This document shows positions 27,121 through 32,000 of a stretch of 32,000 nucleotides of DNA, piece after piece. Each line of letters starts with the position of its first letter. Position 1 is the stretch's first letter. A program made the translations under genes and the position numbers. Below the pieces are notes generated by a model. That model saw only the letters and a list, made by a program, of their open reading frames with translations, did not search any database and was not told the origin of the DNA. This stretch comes from Desulfotalea psychrophila LSv54 (GTDB lineage Bacteria > Desulfobacterota > Desulfobulbia > Desulfobulbales > Desulfocapsaceae), in the NCBI RefSeq assembly GCF_000025945.1, contig NC_006138.1, positions 660,001-692,000 on the forward strand, in the 5' to 3' direction.

Positions 27121-27981
27121 TCATTCTAATTTTACATCAACACAAATACGATAGGTTCGAGGACCACAGTGCCCGCAGGCCGTGATATTGTGATAGAGAA
27201 TTTTACGCCCAAGTTGCAGGGCAACTCCCTCTATAAATTCAAAAGACTTTTCAAATGAATCAACCAGTTGCATATCATAAAAGTGTACCCATCCCCGAGG
27301 AGAAAGTACAGGCAATAAAGAAGATAGAAAGGCTGCCCCGCTCTTAGGCAGAGGCATGATAATCCTATCAAAAGTTCCATGCTCTCCACCAAGCCAGCAA
27401 GAGATGTCCGCCTGATAAAATTTTATATTTTTCAGCTTTTTATTCAGACGAAAACTCTGCAGGGCATATTGATGGGCAGAGCTATTTTTCTCCACGGCAA
27501 TGATCTCCTTTGCCCGGCTGTGCTGGGAAATAACCAATGGGTAAGGCCCCACCCCGGAAAAGGGCACTAGTATCCGTTCTCCATCTGCAACCATTCGGGC
27601 AATGCGCAGTCGTTCGCCACCACTACGTACCGAATAATATGCCTGAGCCAGATCAAGGCTAAGACGCACCCCGGACTCACGCAACTCCGTCACCGTTCGC
27701 TCTTCACCGGCAAGGACCTGAAGGGGAAGAAGACGAAATTCACCATCATAGTTCCCCGCCCGTTTGGCCACCACCGAAACATGGGGATGATTTTCTAAGA
27801 TCTTTTCAGCAATAAGCGACTGCCAGGGCTGACAGGAATCAGGGATAATAATCACTGCAATATCACCGACAATATCATAGGAACCAACGAGTTCGGCAAA
27901 GGCCTGCTCGGGAAGCAGTCCATTAAGTAATTTCTTAAGAGGAAGAGTCATAATTGTTTGATTTTCAAGGATATCCGCCAC
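27121..27981 (-). CDS. Trm5/TYW2-like class I SAM-dependent methyltransferase
   Basis: 286 aa; VAKRAGNYDGEFRLLPLQVLAGEERTVTELRESGVRLSLDLAQAYYSVRSGGERLRIA, ILVPFSGVGPYPL, RIIMPLPKSG. Confidence 0.8.
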   Translation of the reverse strand: MADILENQTIMTLPLKKLLNGLLPEQAFAELVGSYDIVGDIAVIIIPDSCQPWQSLIAEKILENHPHVSVVAKRAGNYDGEFRLLPLQVLAGEERTVTELRESGVRLSLDLAQAYYSVRSGGERLRIARMVADGERILVPFSGVGPYPLVISQHSRAKEIIAVEKNSSAHQYALQSFRLNKKLKNIKFYQADISCWLGGEHGTFDRIIMPLPKSGAAFLSSLLPVLSPRGWVHFYDMQLVDSFEKSFEFIEGVALQLGRKILYHNITACGHCGPRTYRICVDVKLE

Positions 27982-28063
27982 ACCACCTCAATAAATGGTC
28001 AGCAATTTGCTTTTGAATGTGAGATAAAATAGAATTATATTATCTTGTTTAACCTAAAAACTT

Positions 28064-30248
28064 ATGTTTAAAAACAGATATGTAATGAAAGATAAAAAAG
28101 CGGACACAACAATTATCTCCATGCTAAAAAATAACAAGGCCACCGGCATTCTCTTGGTGATTTTTGTAATTCTGCCCCTTGCTATGAGCCAATATTATCT
28201 CTCTAGCTCTCTACACAGACAGCAACAGGAGCTACTGGATCACGAGGCAAAGGTGCTCTGCCAGTTCTTTGTCGGCCGCTGTAATGCCTTTCCTTATCAT
28301 CCGATAGTTGTTGGCTATTTAATCCCCCCCCCTCAAGACAACGACACCTTTAAAAAATTTTATCCCAGGCAATATAACTCTGCCCTGGATCAGGTCTACA
28401 ATAACATCACCCTGCAAGATGAAGATCTCAGCCCGAAAGAAAATCCTCTCTTAGGAAAACCTTTAGCTTTCAAAGAATCAGGCAAAAAGATAGACAATCA
28501 TTTGCATATCGCCACATACCTACCTGTTTATATTGAAGGGTCTGCAAGAGGAAGCCTTCTCGGAGAAATTAATCTTAATGAGTTACTCGAACTATTCTTT
28601 AACAACAGCCAGATAAGCCTCAAAAAAAAACCGCCAACTGATCCTGATATCCTCTACTCTCCCATCAAAAATACAGATTTTTACCTCACAAAAAAACAAA
28701 CCCGCAGCAACCTGCAGGTAATGCTTACCTCACCCCTACTTTTAATCGCTGTTTTTTTATTTATTATGATGATGCTGGCAGGAACACTCCATAGATTACA
28801 GCGTAACTTTGTCTCTCGCTCCCAGAAAAAATACCTCAGCCTGGGCCGAAAAGCATTCTAAAGAGTTGCAAAAAGAAATTCACAAACGGCAAACAAGCGA
28901 GGAAGAGTTAAACTATAAGGTAAATTTTGATTCGACAACACGACTTCCCAACAAAACAATGGCCTACGCTATTCTCTGTGAAAAGATAGCAGAGGCCCAA
29001 AAGACAAATCAGCGGCTCTATGTACTCTCCGTAGATCTGGCCAACTTCAAAAAGGTTAACAAGGGCTTAGGCCATGACGGGGGCGAACATCTCCTGGAAA
29101 TTGCCGCAGAAAGGATTGTGCGGGCAAGCGGTCCCAATAGTACGGTGGCCAGACTTCGGGGAGACGAATTTCTCGTCAGCAATTTTGAAGATAGCGAAAC
29201 ATCCTCCCTTGCCGAAAGCACGGCAAAAAATATATTGGAAGAACTACAAAAACCATTTTTTATCCAACAGATAGATTTTTATCTTGGGGCCTGTATTGGT
29301 GTATCACTTTACCCTCGCGACAGCTCTAAGGCAGATAAGCTGATGCGTTATGCAGACCTTGCCATGTACCGGGCAAAGGAAAAAGGACAGAATATATTTT
29401 GCTTTTACAGCCAGTCTCTTAGCCATATAATTTCTCGTAAACAGATGCTTGAGCAACATCTGCATAAGGCCATTAGCAGAGATGAACTCACCCTCTACTA
29501 CCAACCATTTATCAAACTTGGTAAAGAATTAAAAATTGTTGGAGCCGAGGCATTACTCCGTTGGAACAACAAAACCTTCGAAGATATTACTGCCACAGAA
29601 CTTATAGCTGTGGCAGAGGAGACAGGGCTCATCGTACCCATAGGGGAGTGGGTTCTACAAAAGGCGACTGCTGATATTGCCAGCATCAATCCACCGAGAT
29701 CATTTCGTATTGCCCTCAATCTCTCTGCCCAACAATTTCACAATCCAAACCAGCTCCAAACGGCAATACTAACCGCCCTCAGGGAGAGTGGCCTCCAGCC
29801 AGATCAACTGGAGTTGGAAATAACAGAAAATAATTTACTTAATCTGGGAGCAAAAACTATTCACCTGCTCCAGTGGATCAAACAATTGGGCATTCGCCTT
29901 TCCATTGATGATTTCGGCACAGGTTATTCCTCCCTCCACTACCTGCAAAAACAAAACTTTGACCTCCTTAAAATTGATAAAAGCTTTATCAAAGATATAC
30001 ATCTTAAAAAATCAAATCGTGTCTTAGTCGATGCCATCTTTGCCATGAGCAAGACCCTTGGTATCGAGGTCATTGCCGAGGGCATCGAATCCAAAGCAGA
30101 AGAGGAGTTCCTTCGCCAACAGAATTATGGACTAGCCCAGGGTTTTCGCTATAGCAGACCTGTCCCACTAGAGCCGTTTAAAATTCTCCTCGATCAACAA
30201 AAGGAGAGAGGGTATGTCCGTTTTCCCAGCAGTAAAGACGCCCCCTAG
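28064..30248 (+). pseudogene. Membrane-anchored GGDEF-EAL protein split by an apparent +1 frameshift around 28830-28865 (or sequencing error)
   Basis: ORF 28064..28861 has two TM segments flanking a periplasmic region; overlapping ORF 28809..30248 has RLRGDEF and EAL-domain motifs (EALLRW, DDFGTGYSS, EVIAEGIE). Confidence 0.8.
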
Positions 30249-30481
30249 CAATAACATCCATAATCTTTATCTCTCCAGTTGCGCCTGCTCATTGAATCTC
30301 CTCTTATTTTTATTTACATAATAAGAGCGCAGAAAAATAAATAATCCAGTAAAGATAACATTATTCATGTATATGCAATATAGGACAGAATGATCCACAA
30401 GAATATCTTGGATTATTCTGCCTATTCTGCTAATTTACCAGTACACTTTCGTACTGTAAAATTGACTAACAGGATAAAGAT

Positions 30482-32000
30482 ATGTTTGAGATCGTAGAAA
30501 ACAGCATCATCGCCCCTAATGTTCACCGCCTTATCATCAAAGCTCCTCGAGTGGCAAAATCCCGTAAGCCGGGACAATTTGTTATCGTCCATGAAGAGGG
30601 TGGCGAACGCATTCCCCTTACCATTGCCGACGAGAACATTGAAAACGGTACAATCACCTTAATTATTCAAGCCGTTGGCGAGGGCACCAAGCAAATTGTC
30701 AGCAAGCAGGCCGGAGAATTTATCCGTGACATTGCCGGCCCCCTTGGTAAGGCTTCAGAAATTGAAAAAGTCGGTAAGGTGGTCTGTATTGGTGGCGGGG
30801 TAGGTACCGCTGTACTCTTTCCCCTGGCCAAGGCCCTTGCCGCAGCAGGCAATGATCTGACAACCATCATCGGTGGTCGTTCAGAGTCCTTTGTCATTCT
30901 CAAAGACGAGCTCGCCGTATTTTCTACTCAACTAAAGATAACCACGGAAGATGGTTCTCTCGGTGATAAGGGCTTTGTTACCGGCCCCCTCGCTGAAATA
31001 CTTGAAGACGAGACCAGACGCCCAGAGATTATCTATGCCATCGGCCCCGTTCCTATGATGGCGGCCATCTGTGAACAGACCCGTCCCTACGGCGTCAAGA
31101 CCATTGTCAGCCTCAATCCTATTATGGTAGACGGCACAGGCATGTGTGGCGGTTGTCGGGTAACCGTCGCCAACAAGGTAAAATTTGCCTGCGTCGACGG
31201 CCCTGAATTTGACGGTCATGAGGTTGACTTTAAAGAGCTTGCTGCCAGACAGCGCCAGTATGTCGGCCACGACCACGATCGCCATAAATGTCGCATGGAC
31301 GCAGTAAAGATAGAGACAATCAGCATAAAAGAACGCATGGCAATTCCCCGGGCCCATATGCCCGAGCAGGACGCCAAGATCAGGGCAACCAACTTCACTG
31401 AGGTAAATCTGGGGATCTCTGAAGAGGTGGCCATCCGTGAGGCCCAACGCTGCCTTAACTGCAAGACCCGTCCCTGTGTCTCCGGTTGTCCCGTCGGTGT
31501 CCGTATCCCTGAATACCTGCAGGAAGTTGCCAAGGGCGATTTCGCCGCAGCTGCCAAGATACTCCGTGAAGACAACGCCCTGCCCGCCACCACCGGCCGG
31601 GTCTGCCCACAGGAATCTCAATGCGAGCAGAAATGTGTTCGGGGTAAAAAGGGCGATGCCGTTGCCCTCGGTTGGCTGGAACGCTTTGTCGCTGACTGGG
31701 CTGCCCAAAACCTTAAACCCGAAGTACCCTGCATAGAGAAGACGGGGAAAAAGGTCGCCATTATCGGCAGTGGTCCCGGAGGTCTGACCGCCGCCGGAGA
31801 ACTTGCCCGTAGGGGGCACGATGTCACAGTTTTTGAGGCATTACATACCGCCGGTGGTGTACTTCGTTATGGTATTCCTGAGTTTCGTCTGCCAAAAAAT
31901 ATTGTCGATCACGAGGTGGAAAACCTTGTCGCCCTCGGGGTTAAGTTTGAATTCAACGTCATCATTGGCCAAACCCTGACTATTAAGGAGATAATGGCAG
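30482..32000 (+). CDS. Fusion of DHODB/NfnA-type NAD(P)-binding flavin/iron-sulfur subunit with NfnB/GltD-type NADPH oxidoreductase, truncated by window edge
   Basis: Open from ATG 30482 to the window end: CIGGGVGTAVLFPLAKAL, GTGMCGGCRVTV, then CLNCKTRPCVSGCPVGVRIPEYL and KVAIIGSGPGGLTAAGELARRGHDVTVFEALHTAGGVLRYGIPEFRLPK. Confidence 0.9.
   Translation, partial: MFEIVENSIIAPNVHRLIIKAPRVAKSRKPGQFVIVHEEGGERIPLTIADENIENGTITLIIQAVGEGTKQIVSKQAGEFIRDIAGPLGKASEIEKVGKVVCIGGGVGTAVLFPLAKALAAAGNDLTTIIGGRSESFVILKDELAVFSTQLKITTEDGSLGDKGFVTGPLAEILEDETRRPEIIYAIGPVPMMAAICEQTRPYGVKTIVSLNPIMVDGTGMCGGCRVTVANKVKFACVDGPEFDGHEVDFKELAARQRQYVGHDHDRHKCRMDAVKIETISIKERMAIPRAHMPEQDAKIRATNFTEVNLGISEEVAIREAQRCLNCKTRPCVSGCPVGVRIPEYLQEVAKGDFAAAAKILREDNALPATTGRVCPQESQCEQKCVRGKKGDAVALGWLERFVADWAAQNLKPEVPCIEKTGKKVAIIGSGPGGLTAAGELARRGHDVTVFEALHTAGGVLRYGIPEFRLPKNIVDHEVENLVALGVKFEFNVIIGQTLTIKEIMA

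Overview
This is a mostly ordinary bacterial chromosomal window with one AT-rich accessory segment. Gene content and protein character suggest a Gram-negative sulfate-reducing, Desulfobulbales/Desulfotalea-like deltaproteobacterium, but this is inference. The left end holds the HemC C-terminus, an ABC importer cluster whose ATPase gene is frameshifted, and glpM. An accessory segment (about 3.4-11 kb) contains dispersed non-coding repeats, a toroid-fold protein and a small lipoprotein. It also contains a compact three-gene operon (6409-10050): a predicted QxK-motif nuclease/effector, an 'NPAF' middle component, and a DUF3732-like Rad50/SMC-type ABC ATPase with a CPVC zinc-hook-like motif. This architecture matches the computationally defined ABC-three-component (ABC-3C) biological conflict systems and is the best defence-system candidate here. 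The right half is mostly housekeeping: DUF2959 protein, tRNA-Gly(GCC), a HypD-like glycyl radical enzyme with no adjacent activase, an aromatic/aspartate aminotransferase, two glycosyltransferases, an M15 peptidase, a DUF2062 protein, a U32 peptidase family protein, a LUD-domain protein, a DOMON-like protein, a porin, an RNA-specificity beta-CASP MBL protein, a Trm5/TYW2-like methyltransferase, a frameshifted GGDEF-EAL protein, and a DHODB-like/GltD-like (Nfn-type) fusion cut by the window edge. All family names come from reading the sequence and recall; no database search was run.
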